64,000 bases of DNA from NCBI GenBank assembly GCA_000092065.1, contig CP000597.1. One strand, given 5' to 3'. Position 1 is the first letter of the stretch; each line of letters opens with the position of its first letter. Both the position numbers and the translations under genes were made by a program. Below are positions 1 to 9,710 of the stretch, in pieces. Source of the stretch: Ostreococcus lucimarinus. Its lineage: Eukaryota. The notes beneath the pieces are model-generated. The model had not been told where the DNA came from and ran no database searches. It was given only the letters and a program-made list of their open reading frames with translations.

Positions 1-558
1 GCGGATGTGCGCCAGGCGTCTGTTTACGGCGTCGGCGTGATGTCCGAGCACTGCGGCCAAAGCTTTAACGCTCACGTGCCGAGCGCGCTCAGCGCGCTCG
101 CGAGCGTCATTCAAGCGCCGGGCGCTCGAGACGATGAGAACATCTACGCCTTCGAGAACGCGGTCGCCGCGCTCGGGAAGATGTGTGAATTTCAGAACGC
201 CGCCTTGGACGCTAGCGTCATCTTGCCTTCGTGGTTGGCGAGCTTGCCGCTGACGGAGGACAGGGTTGAGGCGAGAAACGTGCACGCGCAACTCATGCGC
301 CTGCTCGAGAGCAACGGGCAAGCCTTGATGGGTGCCTCTTACGAGCACCTTCCCCGCGTCGTCAGTGTACTCGCGGATGTTTTACCAACCTCCGGTTTGA
401 GCGCGAAGCTCCGTCTCGTCGAGCCCGAAGTCGCGGCAAAGATGAAGGCGTTCCTCGTGCAAATGCAATCGAGCCTTCCTCAAGACAAGCTCAGCGCCGC
501 GTGGGGCATCTTGAGCGCGGAGAAACAAGCCGCGCTGCAGGCGGCACTTCAAGGTTAG
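1..558 (+). CDS. Importin-5 / karyopherin beta-3 (RanBP5)-like, C-terminal part. The gene begins upstream of the window.
   Basis: The ORF is open from the window edge to TAG at 556-558. Its C-terminal HEAT-repeat region aligns by eye with IPO5: ENAVAALGKMCEF, VILPSWLASLPLTEDRVEA and a terminal ...EKQAALQAALQG resembling IPO5 ...EQQAAIQELL. The opposite strand in this span is not protein-like. Confidence 0.55.
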   Translation, partial: ADVRQASVYGVGVMSEHCGQSFNAHVPSALSALASVIQAPGARDDENIYAFENAVAALGKMCEFQNAALDASVILPSWLASLPLTEDRVEARNVHAQLMRLLESNGQALMGASYEHLPRVVSVLADVLPTSGLSAKLRLVEPEVAAKMKAFLVQMQSSLPQDKLSAAWGILSAEKQAALQAALQG

Positions 559-694
559 GACGAAACGCTAGAAATACAACACAGAGACTTCATCAAACAC
601 GCGCGCGTCGCGTCATATATTCGTTCGTTCGTTTTAAATTAAAACCTCCTCGAGCGCGTTCGATTCGAAACGGAACGCGAAGAGACTGCGACGC

Positions 695-1099
695 TCACTT
701 CCAATGCTCTTTCACCTCTTGCACCCAGCCGTATCTTCCATCGTACTTGGACGGGTCCCAGTCCGGTAAATCACTCGCGCTTCCCGCGCCGAGATCATTC
801 AATTCGTGCGCCGTCAACAACCTCTCATCGCGCGTCGCCGCGCTCGCCCCGCACGACCCCACCTTTAAAACCGCGCCGTACCGCCCGTCCTCGAACGCCA
901 ACAGTTCGTTAAACATCCCGAGCCGTATCTTCAGCCTCGAAAACTTCGCCCCCGTCGCCAGCGCGATCGCCTTTCGCACGTCCGTCTTCGTGTCCGTCGC
1001 CTCGACGTCCACGTCGACGTACCACACCGCGAACGCCCCGAGCTTCGCCTCGCGCGCGTTTTCCACTGGAAAGTAACACGTCACGCGCGTCTTCACCAT
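695..1099 (-). CDS. Conserved hypothetical protein of about 134 aa, function unknown.
   Basis: In-frame ATG (CAT at 1097-1099) to the stop at 695. The amino-acid composition is natural: MVKTRVTCYFPVENAREAKLGAFAVWYVDVDVE...DWDPSKYDGRYGWVQEVKEHWK. The composition changes sharply to Arg-rich junk upstream of the ATG. The opposite-strand frame is low-complexity. Confidence 0.35.
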   Translation of the reverse strand: MVKTRVTCYFPVENAREAKLGAFAVWYVDVDVEATDTKTDVRKAIALATGAKFSRLKIRLGMFNELLAFEDGRYGAVLKVGSCGASAATRDERLLTAHELNDLGAGSASDLPDWDPSKYDGRYGWVQEVKEHWK

Positions 1100-1333
1100 C
1101 GCGTCTCGCGTCGCGCCGACGAAGGCGTCGCGCCGTCGTCGTCTTTCGTCGCTTTCGTTTTCGGTTCGCGTCGCGCGAGTGACGCGCGCGTTCGCGTCGC
1201 TTTCGCGTCGCGCGCGCGCGTCGACGCGTCGGCGTTTTCGTGCGTTTTTTTTCGCGTCGGCGTCGCGCGCGGTGTGATTTTCGCGACGCGATTGTCCCGC
1301 GCGTCGACCGTCGACGCCGCGTTCGCGCGCGCG

Positions 1334-3424
1334 ATGCGCGTGTTCGACGTCCCCGAGCCGCGCGCGCGTCCGCGCGACGACGTCGCACCGCCCGGACCGC
1401 CCGGACGGCGACGCGTCGCGCGCCCGACGCCGCGCGGACGCGAAAACGATGGCGAAAACGCGACGTCGAGCGACGACGACGCGACGGATGACGATTCGAC
1501 GCGCGAGAGCGACGACGCGAGCGACGAAAACGGCGGCGCGAGCGAACGACGCGCGCGGTATCGAAGCGTCGCGGGCGCGGGCGACGGGGCGCAGTGCTGC
1601 GTGGTGGGCGCGGACGGCGTCGCGCGAGGGGTGTGGCGCGCGACGCTCTTCGCGGAGGACGACGCGAGGGACGACGACGCGAGCGTCGAGGACGCGTTTC
1701 GAGCGCTGGTGGCGAGGAAAGAGCGGCCGTGGGTGGTGGTGCTCGCGCGGGGGGGGCACTTCGCGGCGAGCGCGTTCGACGCGAGGGAGATCGGGGAGGA
1801 GGGAGACGCGCGGGCGAGCGCGGCGAAGAGACGCGCGACGGCGAGTCGGTACGTCGTGCGAGCGAAAGCGGGAGGGAGGCAGGTGAGCAAGGACGGGGTG
1901 AAGAATATAAAGAGCGCGGGGAGCTCGATGCGACGGGCGAACGAGCGGGCGCTGGAGGCGGACATGCGAGAGGCGTTCGCTTCGATGAAGACTGAGTTGG
2001 AGGTGCGAGACGACGCGCGTTTTCGCGAGCGTCGCGACGACGATCCGGATGATGAAGAACTTGCTCCCGAGACGGACGGCGCGCGCGTCGTCCGAGTGGC
2101 TGCGGTGCGCTCGCGCGTGAACGCGCGCGAGAGTAGACGAAATCTGTGTTCACGCCAGAGTCGGTGGGCGGCGAAGACGAGGCAAAGTCAAATTTGTCTC
2201 GACGACGTCGCTCCGCCTTTTCGAGCACGGATGCGGGTGGAGTTATCACGCTCTCGCGCGATCGTTCGCGCGCGCGTTGCGTCGCGTGAAGGTCGTCTAT
2301 GAGCGGTTACGTTATGAGAGCTGACGGATTGATTTTTTCGGCGAGCGACCGCGATTCGCGTACTGAATTCACCGACTGACGCGCGTTTGTACTCGTCGAC
2401 CGCGGCAGAGCGCGAGTCTGATTTTTGTGAGCGTCAGTAAAGTAGACGCGAGGACGATTTTCAACGATAAGAACCCGATGCTCGATAGGAAGGATCCGCG
2501 CGTGCGGCGCGTGCCGTTTATGACTGGCCGGCCGACGTTCAACGAGACGAGACGCGTCATCGGTCGCCTCGCCACCGTAAACTTAAACGTCGTTGAAGAA
2601 GAAGAACGATTGGACGAAGACGCCGACGCGCTCGCGGGATTGGCGGATACAAAGTTTGTCATCGCGGCGAAACCGAAGCCGCCGCCAATCGAGGCACCGC
2701 CAGAGGCAGAAGTCGAAATCATCCCTGAGCCGGAATTGCACGCGGCGGCGAGAGCGGGAGATTCCGAGCGAGTGCTTCATCTCCTCATCGAAGAGAACGC
2801 CGATCCGACGGAGTCGTATAAAGGAAAGTTGCCGTACGTAGTGAGTAAGGACAGAGAGACGCGCGACGCGTTCCGCCGCGCGATGGCGCAAAAGCCAGAC
2901 GCGTGGGACTGGATCGGTCGCGCCGCGGTGCCGAGTGCGTTGACCGAAGAACTCGAAGCGAAGAAGGCCGCTAAAGAAGCGGAATACGAAGCGGCGCGGA
3001 AGGAAAAAGAGAAAGAGCGCAAGAAGGCGCAGAAGGAACGCAAGAAGAAACAATCAGCGGCGGCGGCACTCTTGGAGAAAACGGCGGCGCCCGCCTCGAG
3101 CGGTGTCGCGGAGAAGAAATCCGCGGCGTTGGTGGAGCAGGTGGACAAAGTTTCGAACGATCGCCGCGAACAAATGGTGAGTGTTTACGTCGTCATCGCT
3201 CGTTTTTCTTGATGTTTTCCTCGACGTTTTTCTCGGCGATTTTCTCACCCTCGATCGGTCGACTCATCATTGGATCACGTTTACTAACGAAACAGGCTCT
3301 CGCCGCAGAGCGACGAATGCAAGCGCAAGAAGCGGCGCGCAAAGCCAGCGTCGGCGCGCTCGGGGGCGCGCGCTTTCGCGATACGACTACGATCGGTGGT
3401 GGGCCGACTGGGCCGACGCAGTAA
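1334..3424 (+). CDS. Vms1/ANKZF1-type peptidyl-tRNA hydrolase homolog (VLRF1 domain, ankyrin repeat, coiled coil), multi-exon. Approximate exons: 1334..2002, 2409..3176 and 3296..3424.
   Basis: The VLRF1 core reads ERPWVVVLARGGHFAASAFD ... RYVVRAKAGGRQVSKDG, matching the ANKZF1 catalytic loop RYTVRAKRGTAQG with its conserved Gln. Downstream lie an ankyrin repeat (ELHAAARAGDSERVLHLLIEENADP) and a Lys/Glu-rich coiled coil. The last intron, 3177..3295, is supported by the frame. The first intron is tentative, with a GTGCGA donor at 2003 and a CAG acceptor at 2406-2408 that keep the frame. The ATG at 1334 is the first in-frame ATG; the ORF-track start at 1274 is GTG. Confidence 0.6.
3177..3295 (+). 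other. Spliceosomal intron (119 nt) in the Vms1-like gene.
   Basis: The donor is ATG|GTGAGT at 3177. A TTACTAAC branch-point consensus lies at 3281-3288. The acceptor is AACAG| at 3291-3295. The intron is T-rich, unlike the flanking GC-rich exons. Splicing joins ...REQM to ALAAERRMQAQEAARKAS... in frame and the reading ends at TAA 3422-3424. Confidence 0.75.
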
Positions 3425-3629
3425 CGCGCTCTTGCGCGAGAACGCAGAGGCGATGGCGAAGGGCGCGTTCAGTGGCATCGCGATCGCGGTCGTGCTTCAG
3501 AGCACGGCCCGGACGGCGCGTAACGGACGTGAAAAGGCACGATTAGGACGATGGCGAGATAGATAGGATGTTGTAGACAACGAAAACTGTGTAGTGTACG
3601 GGTCGGGTTGAAAAGAATCAGAGATAAAT

Positions 3630-4640
3630 TTACGGCGCGGTGCTTTCGATCGTCTTCAAGCACTCCACGACGCTCGCGCCATCGAGCATCTTTTCCGTCA
3701 ACGTGTCCCACGCGCTCTTATTCGTCTTAAGAATGCTCGCGGCTTGGAAGACGGCCCATCGCGTGAGCTCTTGCTGCGACGCGTCGGAGAGCTTCGGGTC
3801 GACTCGGTTGAGAATTCTCTGCAAATCGTACAGATCCGCGCTCTGACCCATGACTTCGTCGAACTCCATCGCTTCCGCCGCGACGCCAGACATGCTCACC
3901 ACGGCGAGCGGGAGCATCTCGCTTTCGCTCAGTTTCGCGCCTTGAAAAATTTTCCGCTCCAGCTTGGACTCCATAAAATTCACGTGCGACTGATCGATGC
4001 CGAGATCGTACGACCCCACGGGCACGCCCAGCGCGTACCCTACCAAAAAGTGCCCAGCCTCGTGTCTCGCGATCCTTCGTCGGTACTCCGGGTTCACCCT
4101 CGCCAACCGATCCGTCGCCACGCGCAGCAACCCGGGCGCCGTCGACCCCACCGCGAGCACCGCCAACGAAATCCCCCCGATCAAATACGCCCCGAACGCC
4201 CCCCAATCCCCCGGAAGCGTCGCCCCCACCACCGTGGCCAACAAGCTCGTGCTCAGCGTCACCGTGACGATGAGATTAAAGTCATTCGCGTCGCTCGGTC
4301 GCGCGATTTGTTCCGGCGCGCACTTCAGCAGCCGCTTCAGTTCATTAGGAAACACGTTTCGTCGCTGCATCGGCGCCTCGCCCGCGCTGTTCCACACTTT
4401 CACCGCGCCCGAGTCTTTCAAAGTCTTCAGCGCCGCGCGCACGTCCGTCGTCGCGCGCTCCAGCGCCTCGGCGCGCTCGCTCGGCGGCAGCGCGCGAACT
4501 TTGGATAAAACGTCATCGATGGCGTCGTACGACGCCGCGGGCGACGCGCGAGCGACGACGACGCGCGAGCGACGCGCGATGACTCGCGCGTGACGCCGCG
4601 CCGGCGCGGGGGCGCGCGCGGACGACGTCAACGTGAACAT
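3630..4640 (-). CDS. FtsH-like peptidase M41-domain protein without an AAA ATPase module, with a predicted plastid transit peptide.
   Basis: ATG (CAT 4638-4640). The N-terminus is Arg/Ala/Ser-rich (MFTLTSSARAPAPARRHARVIARRSRVVVARAS). It is followed by predicted TM helices and an HEAGHFLVGYALG zinc-binding motif of HEAGH type, as in FtsH M41. No Walker A/B motifs are present in the 336 aa. Confidence 0.5.
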   Translation of the reverse strand: MFTLTSSARAPAPARRHARVIARRSRVVVARASPAASYDAIDDVLSKVRALPPSERAEALERATTDVRAALKTLKDSGAVKVWNSAGEAPMQRRNVFPNELKRLLKCAPEQIARPSDANDFNLIVTVTLSTSLLATVVGATLPGDWGAFGAYLIGGISLAVLAVGSTAPGLLRVATDRLARVNPEYRRRIARHEAGHFLVGYALGVPVGSYDLGIDQSHVNFMESKLERKIFQGAKLSESEMLPLAVVSMSGVAAEAMEFDEVMGQSADLYDLQRILNRVDPKLSDASQQELTRWAVFQAASILKTNKSAWDTLTEKMLDGASVVECLKTIESTAP

Positions 4641-4781
4641 CGATCGGATCGGCGCGTCTCGGTGTGACGCGCGGGCTCGCGCGGCGAGCGCGAGCGAGCG
4701 CGCGAGAGATTGAATAACGATAACGATGAGATAAGAAAATCGAACGACGGCGTGCGACGGTGAACGAGCGCGACGAAGTGA

Positions 4782-6323
4782 TCACGCGGTGAAATCGACC
4801 TCGTTGGCGAGGATTTGCTCGAGGGTTTGCTTGCGACGAATGACGGCGAAACCGGCGCCGTCGGCGAGTCGCATGACTTCGGGAGCCTCGGGGAAGGAGT
4901 TGTAGTTCTTGGAACTCATGCCGGCGCAGTAGGCGCCGGACCCCTCGATGACGACGTAATCGCCGATGTTGACTTCGCCCATGCGACGCTCGGAGATGGT
5001 CTCCGGCTCGTCCGGGGCCGGGGTGAGCAAATCTCCGGATTCGCAGCAGTGCCCGACGACGACGTAATCGGCTTGCGCGGCGGGCAATTCGCCAGCCTTG
5101 CTCACCGACACCAGCGGGTGCTGAGAGCCGTACAAGCTCGGGCGTAAGACTTCGGTCATACCCATGTCGAGTTTCAAGAACGTGTGCCCTTCGGCGGTGC
5201 CGGTGACGACCTTGTCTTGCACCGAGGTGACGACGGCGCACGAGTTGGCCAACAAAAACGTACCGGGCTCGATTTCGAGCTTTAACTTACGTCCGGTCTC
5301 CTTCGCGAACGCTTCGAACGCTTCTTTCACCGGCACGCCGACGACGGCGAGATCGGTGGACTTTTCGTACGACATCCGCCCGACCTTGTAGCCGCCGCCC
5401 AGGTTGAGCGTGTCGACGCTCGGAAACTCTCGGCACAAATCCAAGGACATCCCGCTCACCTTTTGCCACACCGCCGGATCGCTTCCGCTTCCGATGTGCG
5501 TGTGCACGCGCACGACCTTCAAGTCGTACTGCTCCACGATTTCCTTCACTCGCGGCAGAGACTCGAACCAAATCCCGAACGACGAGCTCGGCCCCCCCAC
5601 GTTCGTCTTCCCCGTCCCGCCGCTGCCCAGCCCCGGGTTAAACCGCACGCCGACCTCCCCTCCCGGGAACGCCCTTCCGAATCGTTCCAACTGATCCAGC
5701 GAGCACGCGTTCACCTTCACCCCGCGTCGCACCAAATCCTCGAAAAACCTCGGCAGCTCTTGCGTCGACAGCGAGATCTCCCCCCCCTCGAATCCCGCCT
5801 TCATCGCTCGCTCGCACTCGTATCCGCTCGACGCGTCGACGTGCAGGCCAGCCTTTTTAAACGTCTTCAGGATCGCCGCGTTCGGGCTCGCCTTCATCGC
5901 GTACCGCACCGTCAATCCGTACGCGTTCGGAAACGCCCTCGCCCGCGCCGCCTGCGCGTCCAGCGTCGCGCGGTCGTACACGTACGTCGGCGTCCCGTGC
6001 GTCTCCGCCACGTCGCGCGCGTCCTCGGGCGTCAGGAACCGCAGCGTCTCCACCGCGCTCGCGCTCGAGCGCGCGCCGAGGCGCGCGCGCGGCGCCGTCG
6101 CGGTGCGCGCGCGCGTCCATCGTCCCGTCGCGCGCGTCGCGCGATCGCGTCGCGCGCGCGCCGTCGCGACGCGCGGCGCCGTCGCGGTCGCGCGCATGCC
6201 GTCTCGAGCGAGCGCTTTCGTCGTCGGCGCGCGCGTCGGCGCGTCGAGGCGTGCGGCGCGGCGACGATCGCGAAACCTCGATCGACGTCGCATCGCGACG
6301 CGCTCCGATGCGCGCGCGCGCAT
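4782..6323 (-). CDS. lysA: Diaminopimelate decarboxylase (LysA-like; PLP-dependent Orn/DAP/Arg decarboxylase fold) with a long organellar presequence.
   Basis: [22 protein letters not shown] near the mature N-terminus; [16 protein letters not shown]; [10 protein letters not shown]; [12 protein letters not shown]. The ORF starts with a true ATG (CAT 6321-6323), but the first ~90 residues are Arg/Ala/Thr-rich. Internal ATGs at 6293 and 6197 are alternative starts. Confidence 0.75.
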   Translation of the reverse strand: MRARASERVAMRRRSRFRDRRRAARLDAPTRAPTTKALARDGMRATATAPRVATARARRDRATRATGRWTRARTATAPRARLGARSSASAVETLRFLTPEDARDVAETHGTPTYVYDRATLDAQAARARAFPNAYGLTVRYAMKASPNAAILKTFKKAGLHVDASSGYECERAMKAGFEGGEISLSTQELPRFFEDLVRRGVKVNACSLDQLERFGRAFPGGEVGVRFNPGLGSGGTGKTNVGGPSSSFGIWFESLPRVKEIVEQYDLKVVRVHTHIGSGSDPAVWQKVSGMSLDLCREFPSVDTLNLGGGYKVGRMSYEKSTDLAVVGVPVKEAFEAFAKETGRKLKLEIEPGTFLLANSCAVVTSVQDKVVTGTAEGHTFLKLDMGMTEVLRPSLYGSQHPLVSVSKAGELPAAQADYVVVGHCCESGDLLTPAPDEPETISERRMGEVNIGDYVVIEGSGAYCAGMSSKNYNSFPEAPEVMRLADGAGFAVIRRKQTLEQILANEVDFTA

Positions 6324-6444
6324 CGCGGGCGTCGACGACGTCCGCGACGGGACGGACGACGACCGCGACGCGCGCCGGCGGGCGCGGCGCGCGCGCGACG
6401 CGATGGACGACGCGCGCGAACGACGACGGCGCGGCGAACGATTC

Positions 6445-6473
6445 GACGACGACGACGACGACGACGACGACGG
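6445..6473. repeat. (GAC)n trinucleotide microsatellite.
   Basis: cgacgacgacgacgacgacgacgacgacg is read directly. It lies in the divergent spacer, or the presequence region, between lysA and the binding-protein gene. Confidence 0.8.
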
Positions 6474-6529
6474 GCGCGCGCACGCGACGCGCGCTCGCGC
6501 GCGACGCGGCGTCGAGCGCGATCGCGGCG

Positions 6530-7696
6530 ATGGCGTGGCGCGCGCGCGCGGCGGGCGCGACGACGACGGTGACGTACGAGGGGAGGACGCGGCCGGCGTA
6601 CGCGTTCGACGCGGCGCTGCGGGTGGCGACGCTGCGGCGGAGCGCGCCGCCGAACGCGGCGAACGAGTTCTCGAGGACGCAGACGAACAGGGTGAAATTT
6701 AAGATGACGGCGGTGGCGAGCGTGGGGGAGATTTACGGGAGCCTGGCGAGGGGAGGGAAGAAGACGAGGGGGGCGGACGCGACGACGCTGGGCGACGAGT
6801 GGTTGGCGCCGGCGATCGCGAATGGGTTGATACGGCCGATTCCGGGGGCGGAGTCCTCGGCGTGGTTCGCGAGGTTGTCGCCGGTGTGGCGAACGCTGGT
6901 GCGGCGAGACGCGCGCACGGGGAGGGTGAGCGCGGGGGGGGAGATTTACGGCGCGCCGTACGGGTTTGGATGCGCGGTGATCGCGTACAGAAAGGATAAG
7001 CTGCCGAAGGGGGTGAAGCCACCGCGAGATTGGGAGGATTTGTTCGATCCGAGGTTGAAGGGTTTGATCGGGATGCCCAACGCGCCGCGGTTGGTTTTGA
7101 GCGCGGCGCTGAAGGCGGAGGGGATGTCCGCGAACGCGAGCGACATCGGCGGCGCGGACGGGCGAGTGAGCGCGCGCGTGCGCGCGCTGCGCGAAAACGT
7201 CAAGGTATTCGATGACTTGCAATACACGCAAGCGATCGCGTGTGGCGATTGCGCCGTCGTCATCGGGCCTTCGGAGGATGTATTTTCCGTCGCCCGTCGA
7301 TCGACTCTGATCGGTCTCGCGGTGCCGAGCTCGGGAACGACGCTGTGGAGCGATTGTTGGGTCGTGCCCACCGCGACGGTGGCGAACAAAGGCGGTGGTC
7401 CATCGCCGGTCTTAGAGCAGTGGATCGATTACACGCTTCAGCCGGCGCGCGTGAACATGCGGGTTGGCTTGAAGGGGGGGATTTCGCCTCTCATGTTTGA
7501 CGGCCGCGGCGTCGACGGCGGTTACGCTAGGTACCCCAACGTCGCTCGTCCCGTGCTCGGGAGTGATGACGGCGATATGCTAAAAGGTTGGATACCAGAC
7601 GACTCCGTGTGGTCGGCGAGCGAGTTTCAGCTTCCGCTCAGCGACCGCGCGCGCGCACAATACGTCGCGATGTCACAGGCCATCGTGCGTCGATGA
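6530..7696 (+). CDS. Bacterial periplasmic solute-binding-protein-like protein (family 1; PotD/AfuA/ThiB-like). The start is uncertain.
   Basis: The C-terminal 330 aa have a natural composition resembling type-II periplasmic binding proteins ([22 protein letters not shown]...[25 protein letters not shown]...[11 protein letters not shown]). The ORF is open from 6251, but upstream of about 6530 it is Arg/Thr-rich and overlaps the divergent lysA N-terminus. An ATG at 6530 was chosen, with an alternative at 6308. Confidence 0.45.
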   Translation: MAWRARAAGATTTVTYEGRTRPAYAFDAALRVATLRRSAPPNAANEFSRTQTNRVKFKMTAVASVGEIYGSLARGGKKTRGADATTLGDEWLAPAIANGLIRPIPGAESSAWFARLSPVWRTLVRRDARTGRVSAGGEIYGAPYGFGCAVIAYRKDKLPKGVKPPRDWEDLFDPRLKGLIGMPNAPRLVLSAALKAEGMSANASDIGGADGRVSARVRALRENVKVFDDLQYTQAIACGDCAVVIGPSEDVFSVARRSTLIGLAVPSSGTTLWSDCWVVPTATVANKGGGPSPVLEQWIDYTLQPARVNMRVGLKGGISPLMFDGRGVDGGYARYPNVARPVLGSDDGDMLKGWIPDDSVWSASEFQLPLSDRARAQYVAMSQAIVRR

Positions 7697-7733
7697 AATT
7701 AGGAATGAATTTGTCAATAAATGGAATAGCGTT

Positions 7734-9710
7734 CTAGCACTTCGCTGCGGTGGTGGATAAAACCAGGGTCGATAACTCCTCCTCTTGCCTGAGGAGCGTG
7801 CGAAATTTATCGACGCGCGCGCGCAAACGTTCGACATCTGCGGCGCGTTCCGCGAGCACCGCGTCTAGTTCGTCGACGTACGCGTCCACCGCCGATCCTG
7901 GCTTGTCCACACGAGCGAGGAACTCCATCTCGTGCTTGACCATCTCCATTGATCTCTCGATGTGCCCTCGATGGGCGGCGATTATGGAGTCTTCTTCACC
8001 GAGAATGACATTGATGAGCGCGTCGTGCGCTTGCTCGGCTTCTTCTCGCGACATGCTCGCCGTCGAGTCGACGAAAGTCGGAAGCGTTGTCGCGCTCACG
8101 CTCGCGCGCCGACTCGCACTCGTCGTGGATTTTCGACCATTCACGCGCGAAGGCGCGCTCGAACCATCTTGTGGAGGCGTGGATCGAATCAGCGACTGTC
8201 GCGTTGCGCCGGGCGTCGACGCTCGCGGCGCAAACGCCATCGTGCGCGGATCCCGAGTCGGTGTCGATGCCGTGGTCAACGATGGTGGCGCCACGATCGG
8301 TTCCCCACTGCTAGTACCACGCGTGAGCTCTTTTACACGATCGGCATATCGCAGCGTGTTGAGCGTGTGCTCGCACGAACCCTCCGCCGGGGAGATGTTC
8401 GCGATCATCACCGTTCGCGAATCCCCCAAGAACGAATCCCGAAGCACTTCCGTGAGTTTTGACCCGCGAAACGGCACGTGCGACGCCCCTGAATCAAGCG
8501 CACGTATGCACTCTTTCAGTGCGAGCAGAGATTTGTTGATTTCCGCGCCCTCGATGCGGGTTTGTCGATCGTTATCCGTCGTGTCCGCGCCGCGCTCGCT
8601 CCCAGCCAAATCTATAAAGGAAAGTTTGCCAAAGATTTCCGTTGCAGGCGCGTCGTTCGGCGCTAGCGCCGCCGCCACTGCGTTTCGATGCTTTAATTCG
8701 ATCGGTTTCTTCAGCACGAGCTGTAATATTGCGTGCGATCGAGATGATTCTGCGTTAGCACCCGTGCTACCGACGCATCGAGCCTTTGTGCTGTGCTCGA
8801 CGAGTCGATCGAACGTGTCGTCGGCGTCAACGCGGTACTCTTGCAATCCAACGACGCAAATCTGTGATTTGGAATCTTCGAGCACGCGGAGTTTTCGTCG
8901 TCCGTTAAGCAAGTCGAAAACGCGTCCGCCGTAGATTTCAAACGCGCTGACCCAGAGTTGCAGATCTGCGCGACTGTCGGCGGATTCGGCTCGATTGACG
9001 GCGGCGAGAATATCCCTCGCCGCGCGTCCCGGCAACGGCTGCATCGTGTACGTCTTCCCGCTTCCCGTTTGTCCGTACGCAAAGCACGTCGCATTAGCGC
9101 GGCTGAGCGCAAACTCCACCAAAGGCGCGACCTCGCTCACGTACACGTCGTCGTTGGACGCCGACTCGTCGAAGACGGCGTCAAACGAGAAGGCGTGCTT
9201 CTCTACGAATCGCGTCAAGTCAACCTTCACTTTAGGTTCCCAAACCGTGAGCTCGCGCGAAATATCATCGCTCGTACAAATATCGCGCTCTTTTCTCGAC
9301 TGTTCTTTCGCGTTCAGCGGTCGCTTACGCACGGAAACTCGGATTTTTGACTTTCGCTGCGGCGACTTGGGCCTCGGCGTTGACTTTCGAGGTGACGGCG
9401 CCGTCGATTCGTCTTCGTCTACGTCACCACCGTCCTCGACGTTTCGTCGTTCGTCTGCATCCATCTCCGAGTTAGTTTTCGCATCGTCATCCTCGTCACC
9501 ACCTGCGTCGCCGCCCTCATCGCCATCCTTCGGCTCGGCCTCCGCCGTCGCGCTCGCGTTCGCGAAATCCCGACACATTTCCTTCACCATCCGCATCGCC
9601 TTCGCTCGATCCGCCACGTCCCGTATCCCGAGCTCGCTCAAATCGTCTCCGCGCAGCTTACAAACCTCACCGAACTCCAAATGCTTCAGATTATCGCGAT
9701 ACCGCGCCAA
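7734..9710 (-). CDS. Kinesin-13 family motor (KIF24/MCAK-like) with a SAM-like N-terminal domain and a C-terminal coiled coil. The 5' end is probably in an upstream exon.
   Basis: The kinesin-13 neck and motor signature reads KIRVSVRKRPLNAKE. P-loop FAYGQTGSGKTYTM; switch II LSFIDLAGSERGAD; switch I SSRSHAIL. The motor domain is internal. The N-terminal ~70 aa (LKHLEFGEVCKLRGDDLSELGIRDVADRAKAMRMV) are SAM-like. The codon at 9708-9710 is TTG and there is no in-frame ATG before the SAM-like region. Confidence 0.8.
   Translation of the reverse strand: MARYRDNLKHLEFGEVCKLRGDDLSELGIRDVADRAKAMRMVKEMCRDFANASATAEAEPKDGDEGGDAGGDEDDDAKTNSEMDADERRNVEDGGDVDEDESTAPSPRKSTPRPKSPQRKSKIRVSVRKRPLNAKEQSRKERDICTSDDISRELTVWEPKVKVDLTRFVEKHAFSFDAVFDESASNDDVYVSEVAPLVEFALSRANATCFAYGQTGSGKTYTMQPLPGRAARDILAAVNRAESADSRADLQLWVSAFEIYGGRVFDLLNGRRKLRVLEDSKSQICVVGLQEYRVDADDTFDRLVEHSTKARCVGSTGANAESSRSHAILQLVLKKPIELKHRNAVAAALAPNDAPATEIFGKLSFIDLAGSERGADTTDNDRQTRIEGAEINKSLLALKECIRALDSGASHVPFRGSKLTEVLRDSFLGDSRTVMIANISPAEGSCEHTLNTLRYADRVKELTRGTSSGEPIVAPPSLTTASTPTRDPRTMAFAPRASTPGATRQSLIRSTPPQDGSSAPSRVNGRKSTTSASRRASVSATTLPTFVDSTASMSREEAEQAHDALINVILGEEDSIIAAHRGHIERSMEMVKHEMEFLARVDKPGSAVDAYVDELDAVLAERAADVERLRARVDKFRTLLRQEEELSTLVLSTTAAKC

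Noticed and set aside
909-2249. 446-aa Arg-rich minus-strand ORF, with many similar long ORFs elsewhere (5463..6572, 6032..7231, 10118..10912, 16158..17210, 31600..32871, 36030..37733, 42902..44896, 51460..54198).
   Set aside because: Their composition is extreme: poly-Arg/Ala/Pro runs with no hydrophobic core. They lie antisense to, or out of frame with, well-supported genes, or in GC-rich spacers. Stop-codon scarcity in 65-70% GC DNA explains them, and none has a recognisable domain.
2369-3248. Minus-strand ORFs (2369..2722, 2583..3053, 2777..3148, 3054..3248) overlapping the ankyrin/coiled-coil exon.
   Set aside because: They lie antisense to a well-supported exon of the Vms1-like gene. 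Their composition is low-complexity and they have no motifs.
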